Shown piece after piece: positions 21,541-31,012 of a stretch of 64,000 nt of DNA (within the stretch, counting starts at the first letter, position 1; each line of letters starts with the position of its first letter). The DNA lies in assembly GCA_045804965.1 (NCBI GenBank), contig JBJMMD010000016.1:206724-270723 (forward strand), written 5' to 3'. This DNA is from Thermomicrobiales bacterium (GTDB lineage Bacteria; Chloroflexota; Chloroflexia; Thermomicrobiales; UBA6265). A program made the translations under genes and the position numbers. A model generated the notes under the pieces. The model made no database searches, was not told the origin of the DNA, and was given only the letters and a program-made list of their open reading frames with translations.

Positions 21541-21638
21541 AAGGAGGTTCGTGAACAAAACAGTGTCGAGAATCGGGATCCAACCGTAGGCTTCCTGCAA
21601 CGATGCGGGACTTGGATTCGAGTAATGGAGGAGACCCG

Positions 21639-23465
21639 ATGGCTTCCAAACGGACGTTCGATGAGATCGTACTGAGCCGCCGCCGCCTGATCGGCACGGC
21701 AGCCGGCGCTTCCGCTGGGGCGATGCTTGCCGGCGGCGCCTTGCCAGGTTTAAGCATCCGGGGCGTCGTCGCCCAGGATGGGGCTAAAGAGTTCCACAGC
21801 GCCTGGCCATACGAGCTCCCTCCCCAGGGTCACTTTAACCTGATGCAAGGCGTCGCCCGCGCCGTCTATGCGCCGCCCAACATCTACGCCGACCTGATTG
21901 TCGAGCCCATGGCGATGTACTACTGGGGCACGAAAGAGTGGTTGCCGCTGCTCGCCACCGAGTGGAGCTTCCAAAATGGCGACACGTTCCAGGTGAAGCT
22001 CCGCCAAGGCGCCAAGTGGAGCGACGACAACGAAGTCACGGCCAAGGACGTTATTTCCACTTTCCAGTGCGCCCGCCTCATGAAGGTGACCGTGTGGGAC
22101 TACCTCGACAAGGTCGAGTCAGTCGATGATTACACGATCAACTTCCATATGAAGACACCTTCGACGGTCGTTGAGCGCTATGTTCTCAAGTTCAACGTCA
22201 TGTCAAATGTCGACTATGGCGAGTGGGGTGGAAAGGCGGACGACTTCTTCAGCAGCGGCGGTACGCTCGACGACCCCGAGGGTAAGCAACTCATCGACCA
22301 GTTCACCAAGTTCCGGCCGGAGAACGTGATCTCCAGCGGCCCGTTCATGTTCGACGTCAGCAGTTTCACCAACTCACAGAACACGCTGCTCAAGAATGAG
22401 AAGAGCTGGAACGCAAACGACGTCAAGTTCGACCGAATCGTGAACTTCAACGGCGAGACGCCTGACATTACGCCGGTGGTGCTCGCCAAGAACGTCGACT
22501 ACGCGACCCACGGTTTCCCACCGGCGACCGAGAAGCAGTTCATCTCGCTTGCCTCGGAAGGTCTGCGGGTCTTGCGACCGCCCGTCTATAACGGCGCCTG
22601 CATTCGATTCAATTACAACACCCTCGGTACCGTGTTTAACGACAAGCGGGCGCGCCAGGCGCTGGCCCATGCCATCAAGCGCGACCAGAACGGCACCATC
22701 GCCCTCGGAGACTCGGGCAAGGGTCTGAAGTACATGTCCGGCATGAGCGACGTGGCCATCCCGGATTGGGTGAGCGAGGCGGATCTTGCTAAACTCAATC
22801 AGTACGAATATGACCTGGACAAGGCAACGGCCCTCTTGACCGATGCCGGCTGGACGAAATCCGGCGACACTTGGAAGACGCCGGACGGGAAGGACGCCGC
22901 TTGGGATCTCACCTTCGCGGCCGAGTTCGCCGACTTTTCAGCCTCTGGCCTCGACGTAGTCGAGCAGTTGGGGAACTTCGGCATCAAGCTTGAGCCGCGC
23001 GCCATCACCTACACACAGATCCCGATCGACATCGACCAGGGCAAATTCCAGCTGGCGATCGACGGCTGGGGCGCGTCGCAAAACCCGCATCCGCACTTCG
23101 CCTATGTGCAGGACCTCTTCTTCCACAACACCCAGGCGGTCCGCAACGGCGGCAAGGGCGAAGGATTCCCGCTGAAACAGACAACTGATGCTTTGGGAGA
23201 TATCGATTTCCAGCACTTGGTAGACGACTCGGCTCTCGGGCTCGACGAGGAAAAGCAGAAAGCAAACGTCACGAAGATTGCCATTGCCTACAACGAATTG
23301 CTCCCTCAGGTCACGTTGTACGAGCGCTTCGGCAATAACGCGGCTTGGGAAGGCGTGCGGGTCAAGGCTTGGCCGGCCGATGACGATCCGATCCTGAAGA
23401 ACAGCCCGTACGGCGACGGCATCCCGACAATGCTGATGTACACCGGCAAGCTCGAGCCGGTGTAA
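21639..23465 (+). CDS. Family 5 solute-binding protein (probably oligosaccharide-binding), Tat signal
   Basis: LSRRRLIG signal; PLLATEW, LRQGAKWSD, SGPF; GGAGG RBS. Confidence 0.9.
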   Translation: MASKRTFDEIVLSRRRLIGTAAGASAGAMLAGGALPGLSIRGVVAQDGAKEFHSAWPYELPPQGHFNLMQGVARAVYAPPNIYADLIVEPMAMYYWGTKEWLPLLATEWSFQNGDTFQVKLRQGAKWSDDNEVTAKDVISTFQCARLMKVTVWDYLDKVESVDDYTINFHMKTPSTVVERYVLKFNVMSNVDYGEWGGKADDFFSSGGTLDDPEGKQLIDQFTKFRPENVISSGPFMFDVSSFTNSQNTLLKNEKSWNANDVKFDRIVNFNGETPDITPVVLAKNVDYATHGFPPATEKQFISLASEGLRVLRPPVYNGACIRFNYNTLGTVFNDKRARQALAHAIKRDQNGTIALGDSGKGLKYMSGMSDVAIPDWVSEADLAKLNQYEYDLDKATALLTDAGWTKSGDTWKTPDGKDAAWDLTFAAEFADFSASGLDVVEQLGNFGIKLEPRAITYTQIPIDIDQGKFQLAIDGWGASQNPHPHFAYVQDLFFHNTQAVRNGGKGEGFPLKQTTDALGDIDFQHLVDDSALGLDEEKQKANVTKIAIAYNELLPQVTLYERFGNNAAWEGVRVKAWPADDDPILKNSPYGDGIPTMLMYTGKLEPV

Positions 23466-23484
23466 GCAGAGCGAATGACCACTG

Positions 23485-23515
23485 GGGCGCTCAGCAAGAC
23501 GATTGCTGAGCGCCC
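23485..23515 (+). terminator. Stem-loop after the SBP gene
   Basis: GGGCGCTCAGCAA-gacga-TTGCTGAGCGCCC 13-bp stem. Confidence 0.6.
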
Positions 23516-23564
23516 TCCTTCGCTCCACCGAATGGCCGCTCTCGCATGCTGAGCGACCGGCTTT

Positions 23565-23649
23565 CGTCATTCTGAGCGAAGCGAAGAATCTCAACGTTTG
23601 CAACTGCGCGCGTTCAGAGCACGAGATGCTTCGCAGCCTCAGCATGACC
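23565..23649. repeat. CGTC-type REP doublet
   Basis: CGTCATTCTGAGCGAAGCGAAGAATCTC...GAGATGCTTCGCAGCCTCAGCATGAC. Confidence 0.8.
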
Positions 23650-23713
23650 GAGTAGGGCGTCGCATTGCGCTCTTGACGTGGGCGTTGTCTCGCCGTCGAG
23701 GAGGTCATTGCGC

Positions 23714-24742
23714 ATGACACGGGTCGCGGTTATCGGCGCTGGCGGGATGGGTGCAATCCAGGCGCGGGCATGCGCCGGATTGCCGGATGCAACCGTCGGC
23801 TGGATTGCCGATCAGGACCTGGCAAGAGCAGAGACTGTCGCCGCCGAGCTTGGGGCGCGGGCGACAACCGACAACGCGACGGCGATCGCCGACGTCGACG
23901 CCGTCATCGTCGCGGTGCCGACGCCGTTTCACCGGCCGGTGACTGAGCTTGCGGCCGCGCACGGCAAACACGTCTTCTGCGAAAAACCGATCGCGCGCAC
24001 GATCGACGATGCGGAGGCGATGATTGCCGCCTGTGACCGGGCCGGCGTGCGGCTGATGATCGGGCATGTCGTTCGCTTTTTCCCAGAGTTCGTCAAAATT
24101 CACGAAATGCTGCAAGACGGCAGCCTCGGAAAGATCGGTCTCGTTCGCGCCTCGCGCGTCAATGCCCATCCGCCGGATGACCGCGGCTGGTACCGTGATC
24201 TGGCGACGAGCGGTGGTCTGATTGTCGACCTGATGATTCACGACTTTGACACCTTGTGCTGGTATTTTGGCGATGTCGAGCGGGTGTTCGCCCATGGACT
24301 AAGCTATACGCCCCATCAGCCGACCTCCGATTATTGCCTGGCTGTCCTGCGCTTTGCGAATGGGGTGATCGCCCACGTCGAGGGGAGCTGGGCGCATGGG
24401 AGCTGGCGCACCTCGATGGAGACCGCAGGCGAGCACGGGATCGTCCGCCACAGCGGTGAAGAGGCTGCGCCAATTCGGCTTGAGCGGCCAGGATCGATCA
24501 CTCAGGAGTCGCTGATCACTCGCTACTGGGCAGCGGACGAAAGCCCATATCAGGCCGAGTTGCGGCATTTCTTTGCCTGCCTGGCCGAGGGAACGCCGCT
24601 CGCGACCGACGGACGAGCGGGGGTCCAGGCGCTCGAAGTTGCGTTAGCGGTGCTCGCTTCGGTCCGCACCGGCCGGCCGATTCACTTCGTCGATGGGCGA
24701 GTTCCGCTGGATGCGATCCGGGAAGAGGTGACAGCGGCATGA
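23714..24742 (+). CDS. Gfo/Idh/MocA family oxidoreductase
   Basis: VIGAGGMG, CEKP, GHVVRF, DLMIHDFD. Confidence 0.93.
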   Translation: MTRVAVIGAGGMGAIQARACAGLPDATVGWIADQDLARAETVAAELGARATTDNATAIADVDAVIVAVPTPFHRPVTELAAAHGKHVFCEKPIARTIDDAEAMIAACDRAGVRLMIGHVVRFFPEFVKIHEMLQDGSLGKIGLVRASRVNAHPPDDRGWYRDLATSGGLIVDLMIHDFDTLCWYFGDVERVFAHGLSYTPHQPTSDYCLAVLRFANGVIAHVEGSWAHGSWRTSMETAGEHGIVRHSGEEAAPIRLERPGSITQESLITRYWAADESPYQAELRHFFACLAEGTPLATDGRAGVQALEVALAVLASVRTGRPIHFVDGRVPLDAIREEVTAA

Positions 24743-25740
24743 AGGTCGGCATCATCAGCTTTGCCCACGGACATGCCAACAAAAACGCGCGCTGCCTCGC
24801 CCAGGTTCCCGACGTCGAGCTGACGGCCATCGCCGATTGTGATGAAGCGCGGCTTCGCGCGGCGGTTGAGCAATTCGGCGGCGATGCGTATGTGGACTAC
24901 CGAGATCTCCTCGCCCGCGACGAGATCGAGGCGGTGCTCATCACCTCGCCCAATGCCGAGCACCGAGAACACGTCATCGCCGCGGCGCACGCGCAAAAGC
25001 ACATCCTGTGCGAGAAGCCGATCGCGACAACGCGGGCCGATGGGAGAGCGATGATCGCCGCTTGCCGCGAGCAAGGCGTCAAGTTCCAGATCGCGTTTCC
25101 CGTCCGCTTTAGCGCCCCGGCGGCGATCCTGCGCCAGAAGGTTCGCGAGGGCGCGGTCGGTACTCCGCTGGCGGTCAAAGCGACCAATCCCGGCCGTTAT
25201 CCTGGGGGGTGGTTTGGCGATCCGGCGCTGGCCGGGGGTGGGGCCGTGATGGATCACACGGTGCATGTCGCCGATCTGCTGCGCTGGATCTTCGAGGCCG
25301 AAATTACTCAGGTCTACGCCGAGATCGACACGCGAGTCCATCCTGATTTGCCCGTGGATGACGTGGCGACCCTGATGCTGGTCCTCTCAAACGGCATCTT
25401 CGCCAGCCTCGATCCGAGCTGGAGCCGGCCGAAATCGTGGCCGACATGGGGCGGACTGACGATGGAGGTGGTTGGAGATCGGGGCGTTCTCGCGATGGAC
25501 GCCTTCAGCCAGCACCTTGAGCTCATTGAAGACGGTGGTCCGAGTTATGTCTTCGTTCCCTGGACCCAAGGCGGCGACCTGCCTATGATCCGAAGCTTCA
25601 TCGACGCCGTTCGCAACGACACCGACCCGCTCGTTACCGGCGAAGACGGCCTGCGCGCCACGGAGGTCGCCCTCTGCGCCTACGAGTCAGCCAAGCGCCG
25701 CGAACCAGTCGCCTGCCCCGGTGTGCTGGACGGTGGTTAG
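24739..25740 (+). CDS. Gfo/Idh/MocA family oxidoreductase
   Basis: IISFAHGHA, CEKP, FPVRF, MDHTVHVAD. Confidence 0.93.
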   Translation: MKVGIISFAHGHANKNARCLAQVPDVELTAIADCDEARLRAAVEQFGGDAYVDYRDLLARDEIEAVLITSPNAEHREHVIAAAHAQKHILCEKPIATTRADGRAMIAACREQGVKFQIAFPVRFSAPAAILRQKVREGAVGTPLAVKATNPGRYPGGWFGDPALAGGGAVMDHTVHVADLLRWIFEAEITQVYAEIDTRVHPDLPVDDVATLMLVLSNGIFASLDPSWSRPKSWPTWGGLTMEVVGDRGVLAMDAFSQHLELIEDGGPSYVFVPWTQGGDLPMIRSFIDAVRNDTDPLVTGEDGLRATEVALCAYESAKRREPVACPGVLDGG

Positions 25741-25818
25741 GTCATCCCGAGCGAAGTCGAGGGATCTAGTGCTCCCGATTGAAGAGACGAAGGCTCCTCG
25801 ATATGTGCTCGGAATGTC
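25741..25818. repeat. CGTC-type REP doublet between convergent genes
   Basis: GTCATCCCGAGCGAAGTCGAGGGATCT...CTCCTCGATATGTGCTCGGAATGTC. Confidence 0.7.
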
Positions 25819-25833
25819 GAGAACGCGCGGAGG

Positions 25834-26718
25834 CTAGCTCCGCGAGCTGGGTGACAACGCATCGCGGAGGCCGTCGCCGGCAAGATTGAAGCCGATGACG
25901 GTCAGCGCGATCGCGACACCGGGGAAGATGCCGATGTAGGCGGCATTCAGGATGTATCGCTGGGCATCACTCAGCATGCGTCCCCATTCCGCAGTCGGCG
26001 GTTGCGCGCCCAGCCCGAGGTAGCTCAGTGCGGAAACGAGCAGAATAGCGTTGCCGACGCCGATGGTCGCCTGTACGATCAACGGAGTGAGGATGTTGGG
26101 CAGGATGTGGCGGCGCATGATCGCGGCATTCGTCAGTCCGGTCGCCCGTGCGGCGTCGACGAACTCTCGTCGCTTGATGGAGAGCGTTGAGCCACGGGCG
26201 AGCCGCGCATAGTTCGGCAGCCCGACAAAACCCGCCGCTAACATCGCCGACGACAACCCCGGACCCAATCTGGCCGCAATCGTGATTGCCAGCAAAATCG
26301 CGGGCAACGCGAGGAGCAGATCGACGAGGGCCATAATGACAAGTCCGATCCGTTCTTCGCGATAACCAGCGATAAGTCCGAGCAATGTTCCAATTGAAAG
26401 GCCAATGGCGACGGAAGCTAAGCCCGAGGCGATCGAGATCCGCGCTCCATTGACGACGCGAGCGAAGACATCCCGGCCGAATTCGTCTGTGCCGAACCAA
26501 TGGTCGGCGCTCGGTTGCTGAAATCGTTCGGCCACGTTCTGCTTGGTCGGGTTGGCGACGAAGAATGGTCCAATGATGGCGACGATGCCTATGACGGTGA
26601 GGAGGAGCAATCCGGCGGCGGCGATGCGATTCCTGGTAAAGCGCGACCATCGGCGCGGTCGCGAGCGCAGGCGCGATTCACCTCGTGCCGGCAGCGCGAG
26701 CGAAGTCGTCGTGCTCAT
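25834..26718 (-). CDS. Dpp/Opp ABC permease (DppC-like)
   Basis: HWFGTDEFGRD, REFVDAARATG, LGAQPPTAEWG, GDGLRDAL. Confidence 0.94.
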   Translation of the reverse strand: MSTTTSLALPARGESRLRSRPRRWSRFTRNRIAAAGLLLLTVIGIVAIIGPFFVANPTKQNVAERFQQPSADHWFGTDEFGRDVFARVVNGARISIASGLASVAIGLSIGTLLGLIAGYREERIGLVIMALVDLLLALPAILLAITIAARLGPGLSSAMLAAGFVGLPNYARLARGSTLSIKRREFVDAARATGLTNAAIMRRHILPNILTPLIVQATIGVGNAILLVSALSYLGLGAQPPTAEWGRMLSDAQRYILNAAYIGIFPGVAIALTVIGFNLAGDGLRDALSPSSRS

Positions 26719-27725
26719 GATCCGTATCGGATGCGGGGATCGACCACGGCATAAACGATGTCGACGCAGAGATTGAGTACGACGAAAACAACCGCCAGTA
26801 GCAGCACAACGCCCTGGGTCATCTGGTAGTCACGGGCGGCGATTGCGTCCGACGTGAGCTTGCCCACGCCTGGCCAGGCGAAGACCGTTTCTGTGATCAC
26901 CGCCCCGCCGAGTAAGCCGCCGAGCTCAAGCCCGACCACGGTCAGCACGGGAATAATGGCGTTGCGCAATGCATGCGCTCGCACAATCTGGTTTTCGCGG
27001 AGGCCCTTCGCCCGCGCGGTGCGGATGTAATCCTCTCCCAGCGTTTCGACCAACGAGGCGCGCGTCATCCGCGCGATGATCGCGGCGGGCCAGCCGGCGA
27101 GCGTGAGCGCCGGCAAGATAAGGTGCTTCGACGCATCCTTGAAGACGACCCAATCGCCATGGATGAACGAGCTGAGGACCACGAAATGGGTCGACGGATC
27201 GACCCCGAGCCGCGGGTCGACCCGGCCAGACAATGGCAACCAATGCAACCACACGCCGAAGACGATAATCAGGGAAATGCCAAGCCAAAACGTCGGGATC
27301 GAAATCCCGATCAATGCGCCGAGCGTGCTGCCGTAGTCGAACAGCGAATGAGGCCGCGTACCGGCGATGATGCCGGCTGTGAACCCGATGACGCTGCCGA
27401 TCATCATCGCCGCGATGGCAAGCTCGATCGTGGCCGGGAAGCGCGAGATGATCTCATCCGCAACCGGTTGATTCGATCGATATGAGCGGCCGAGATCTCC
27501 CTTTGCCGCATGTGAAAGAAAATCGGCGTACTGCACCGCGAGCGGCCGATCGAGCCCCATTTCATGCCGAAGGCGCGCGAGCGAAGCGGCATCGGCCCGG
27601 GTGCCGAGCTTCAACTCCGCCGGATCTCCTCCCGCTGAATGCAGCATCAAGAACACGAGCGCAGAGACGCCAAGCAACGTCGGGATCGCGAGCAGCACTC
27701 GCCGCAAGACATATGGAGCCATCAC
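26715..27725 (-). CDS. Dpp/Opp ABC permease (DppB-like)
   Basis: GDLGRS, EDYIRTARAKGL, ETVFAWPGVG, DPRIRY. Confidence 0.94.
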   Translation of the reverse strand: MMAPYVLRRVLLAIPTLLGVSALVFLMLHSAGGDPAELKLGTRADAASLARLRHEMGLDRPLAVQYADFLSHAAKGDLGRSYRSNQPVADEIISRFPATIELAIAAMMIGSVIGFTAGIIAGTRPHSLFDYGSTLGALIGISIPTFWLGISLIIVFGVWLHWLPLSGRVDPRLGVDPSTHFVVLSSFIHGDWVVFKDASKHLILPALTLAGWPAAIIARMTRASLVETLGEDYIRTARAKGLRENQIVRAHALRNAIIPVLTVVGLELGGLLGGAVITETVFAWPGVGKLTSDAIAARDYQMTQGVVLLLAVVFVVLNLCVDIVYAVVDPRIRYGS

Positions 27726-27825
27726 CTATTTCCGGTCGTTGAACACGCAGTTACCGAGGCCTCCGGCCGGACTCGCGAGCTGTACGGAGCAACTTGCATT
27801 CCAACTCGCCTAGCCCGGCAGGAAC

Positions 27826-27877
27826 TCCCTCACCCAGACCGTACCCGGTGCGGTTGGCAGTGACGGTTGGGTGAGGG
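27826..27877. other. Intercistronic stem-loop after the SBP gene
   Basis: CCCTCACCCAGACCGT...ACGGTTGGGTGAGGG inverted repeat. Confidence 0.5.
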
Positions 27878-27919
27878 CTGTTCTGGGCGAGCTCGCCCCT
27901 CAGTCAACCTGGCGAGCCA

Positions 27920-29569
27920 TTAGGAAATATCGACGTCTCGCAGCACCATGTTGCCGATGGGCGACAAAACGAGCCCTTGCACCTTCTTCGCCGCGCCGAT
28001 GATCCGGTCGGGATAGCCGAGAAAGACGTTGATCGCGTCGTCCAGGATCAGCTTCTGAGCTTGCTGGTACTGCTCGGTGCGCTGCCCCGAGTCTTTTTCG
28101 GTCTGCGCATCCGTGACGAGCTGAATGACCTGATCGTTCTTGTAGCCGAGCCGGGTTTGCGCCCGGTCGGAGGCGAAGAGCGCGTACATGATATTGTCGG
28201 GATCGGCGTTGTCCCAGGTCCAGTCGTTGATGAACGCCGGAGCTTTGCCGTCGCCGATCAGGGCGAAGAAATCGGCATCTTGCAACGACTTCAGATTTGC
28301 CTTGATCCCAACCGCGTCGAGATCGGCTTGGATCAGTTGGCCCAATGTCGGCCAGAATGAGTTGCTGCGATTGTAGAGATCAAAGGAGACGTTAGAGAGT
28401 CCGGCTTCTTGCAGCAGCGATTTCGCCTTGTCTGCATCGTAGGTGTATACCTGCGCCAGGCTCTCATCGTAGCCCAGCAGTCCGGGCGCAACCGGTCCCG
28501 CCCCGATCGTATAGTTGCCGAAGAACACGACGTCGAAAATGTTCTGCTTGTTGATCGCGTACTGCAGCGCCTTGCGGACGCTCGGATTGTCAAACGGGGC
28601 AAGACTTTGGTTCATGCCGAGATACTGCAAGTTCCAAAACGTGCCGCTGATGACCTGCTCGTTCGGGTCGCTCTTCAACGATTCCACATCCTTGAAGTCG
28701 ATCTGATTCGCGATATCGAGTCCGCCCGAGGTCAGCTCGGTCAGACGAACGGTGTCGTCGGGAATTGATCGCCAAACGATCCGGTCGAGCTTCGGCCGGC
28801 CGCCCCAATACTTGTCGTTCGCGACGAAGACAAGCTCGACGTCCTTCGTCCAATGATCGAGCTTGAACGGACCAGTCCCTGCCGCGTGGTTGCTGTAATC
28901 CTTCCCGAATTGTTGAAGGGCGGTTGGGCTGACGATTCCGGCGGCGAAGATGGCCAGGTTTCCCGGCACCAGGATGATTGGACGCTTGAGCGTGATCGTT
29001 AGGTCGAGATCACCTGTTGCTTTTACCGTGTCAACCTCGGCGAATACAATCTCGGCATAGACCATACCGTCCTGGTGCAAAGGATTCTTCGGGTCGATTT
29101 GGCGCAAGAAGTTGGTTTCGACTGCTTTCGCATCGAGCGGAGTTCCGTCGTGGAACGTGACGTTCGGACGAATCTTGAAGACATACGTGAGCCCGTCCTC
29201 GGAAACAGTCCAGCTCTCTGCCAATGCAGGTTCAATATCGGCCGCGCCGTTCTTGTATCGGGTCAGGCCCTCATAGAGATTCTCATTGATCGGAATGATG
29301 TCGCCATATCCGGTCGTGCCGGCGATCGCGGGATCGAGCTGAACGGTCGATTGCGGTAACGCGACGACGAGGGTTTTGCCGCCGTCTTGCAGGCTGACGC
29401 CGGCAGCCGCAGTTCCTCGTGACTTCGCCGCCTGGAAAATCGCGCCCGCGAGCGACGCCGAAAGCCCGAACTTGGTCGCCCCGGTGATGAAATGACGGCG
29501 GCTGACACGGCCCGCCTGCAGCCGGTCGATCAACTCACCAAGCGTCGATTGGTCCTGAACTGACACCAT
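27920..29569 (-). CDS. Family 5 (DppA-like) solute-binding protein, Tat signal
   Basis: SRRHFITG; PALAESW, FHDGTP, GTGPF, VRKALQYAIN. Confidence 0.93.
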   Translation of the reverse strand: MVSVQDQSTLGELIDRLQAGRVSRRHFITGATKFGLSASLAGAIFQAAKSRGTAAAGVSLQDGGKTLVVALPQSTVQLDPAIAGTTGYGDIIPINENLYEGLTRYKNGAADIEPALAESWTVSEDGLTYVFKIRPNVTFHDGTPLDAKAVETNFLRQIDPKNPLHQDGMVYAEIVFAEVDTVKATGDLDLTITLKRPIILVPGNLAIFAAGIVSPTALQQFGKDYSNHAAGTGPFKLDHWTKDVELVFVANDKYWGGRPKLDRIVWRSIPDDTVRLTELTSGGLDIANQIDFKDVESLKSDPNEQVISGTFWNLQYLGMNQSLAPFDNPSVRKALQYAINKQNIFDVVFFGNYTIGAGPVAPGLLGYDESLAQVYTYDADKAKSLLQEAGLSNVSFDLYNRSNSFWPTLGQLIQADLDAVGIKANLKSLQDADFFALIGDGKAPAFINDWTWDNADPDNIMYALFASDRAQTRLGYKNDQVIQLVTDAQTEKDSGQRTEQYQQAQKLILDDAINVFLGYPDRIIGAAKKVQGLVLSPIGNMVLRDVDIS

Positions 29570-29875
29570 ACGTTCCTCTCTACTCTGTGCAACTCGCTCA
29601 ACACTCTGTCGATCGGCGATGTGCCCTGGAACCTGCCGGGGTCATCTCGGGTCATTTTCTGTTGTTTTTGATCCACATGTCAACAATCTTGGCAAAAGCG
29701 CCGCCTCCTAGAGTGCACCTGTCGGGCTACCAGTGGCCCGATGTAACAGGTCCCCTAGGATTGGGATCGTATTGATTAAAGCTGGGATACCAACTCAGAT
29801 TCGTGAAACATCAACGCCGTCCCCCTTTGGCAAATAGAGGCGGCGTGGAAGTGCTTCGTTCAAAATGGTCGCGGA

Positions 29876-30172
29876 CTAGGATTCGAGAACGACCGCCGCA
29901 ACCTGATCCGCAGAGGTCTGGTGAAGCGCGATACGTTCTTGCTCAAGCGCCGTCGGACTATCGACGCTCTGGCGAAAGCGGGTAATCAGTTCGTCTTTCT
30001 TGGTCGCTTTCGCCCGCTCGCCGGCGATCTTCGCTTGCTGGAGTCGCTCATTGACGTCCAGTTGCAGCTGCTCGCCACTCTTCGGCGCCAAAAAGATGGC
30101 GGTGATTGCTCCAATCGCAACGCCCAGCACTCCGCCTTTGCCGAGCGCCACGATCTTGCCGTCTATTCCCAT
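29876..30172 (-). CDS. YtxH domain protein
   Basis: GGVLGVAIGAITAIFLAPKSGEQL (APKSG motif); AAGGAG RBS. Confidence 0.85.
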   Translation of the reverse strand: MGIDGKIVALGKGGVLGVAIGAITAIFLAPKSGEQLQLDVNERLQQAKIAGERAKATKKDELITRFRQSVDSPTALEQERIALHQTSADQVAAVVLES

Positions 30173-30204
30173 CTGATCTCTCCTTGATCTCGCCCACATT
30201 GGAG

Positions 30205-30768
30205 CTAGGACGAATGACCGAAGATGCGGCGAACGATTCCTCCAAGGATGAGCAGGACGAATCCCAACCCCGCGCCGAATCCGACCGCGGTTTGCGGAGT
30301 GAAGATTGTCCAGATCTCGCCGTCGACCGGACCGAGTTGCAACACCGTCTTCACAGTACCCTCAGCGTTCAACTTTCCCGCATTGATCACAACCGCGCGG
30401 GATTTTACGAGCCGCGCCTCGTTGGCTTGGATGAATCCCGCCGAGCTGTGATGCAAGACTGCGTTCTCGGCCCTGACGGTGAGCGAACCTGAGTTGATGA
30501 GTTGCACGGAACGGGCGTGGAGCGATTTCACGTCCGAGTGCTCGATCGTCGCACGCTCGGCGGTTATCCTCTCGGCTCCGGAATGGTCCATCGTCACCGT
30601 GGTCGCGTCGACATTGCCAGCGTCGGCGTAGAGCACTTCTGAGCCAAGCAGCGGACTCTTCGTCGTGCCTGCCTTTTCGACAGTCGTGGCGACTGCGGGC
30701 CTGGGCGACGCGCCGTTTGTTCTCGTGGATGTCTCGGCATCAGCTCCGGCGCCGGACGATTCGGTCAT
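30205..30768 (-). CDS. Hypothetical protein with 15-residue beta-solenoid-like repeats and a C-terminal membrane anchor
   Basis: Periodic units GNVDATTVTMDHSGA / ERITAERATIEHSDV / KSLHARSVQLINSGS / LTVRAENAVLHHSSA / GFIQANEARLVKSRA; hydrophobic C-terminus. Confidence 0.7.
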   Translation of the reverse strand: MTESSGAGADAETSTRTNGASPRPAVATTVEKAGTTKSPLLGSEVLYADAGNVDATTVTMDHSGAERITAERATIEHSDVKSLHARSVQLINSGSLTVRAENAVLHHSSAGFIQANEARLVKSRAVVINAGKLNAEGTVKTVLQLGPVDGEIWTIFTPQTAVGFGAGLGFVLLILGGIVRRIFGHSS

Positions 30769-30879
30769 CTTGGTTCCTCTCCGCCAAAGTCAGCGTCACC
30801 GAAAGGTGAGATTCAATGACAGGCGAGTGTACCAGAGCGATGCTTACTCGATTCACGACCGCCAATCCGGAAGACCCTC

Positions 30880-31012
30880 GGTTGAAATTGGCCCTTCCCA
30901 GCTGACACGAGAAACCGTCTCCGAAGCTGGGCATGACGGGTCGGTATCGCGCACCTCGTGCTCCCTCCCGGAGGGACTTCGTGGAGTCAGCGAGGTAGGG
31001 TCAATTTCAACC
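30880..31012. repeat. 133-bp element with 16-bp terminal inverted repeats (MITE-like or structured RNA)
   Basis: GGTTGAAATTGGCCCT ... AGGGTCAATTTCAACC (1 mismatch), with inner GCTGAC/GTCAGC pairing. Confidence 0.55.

Noticed and set aside
30880-31012. SRP RNA or 6S RNA
   Set aside because: No SRP helix-8 motif (CAGG..GRAA..AGCAG); short for 6S and no clear symmetric central bubble by eye.
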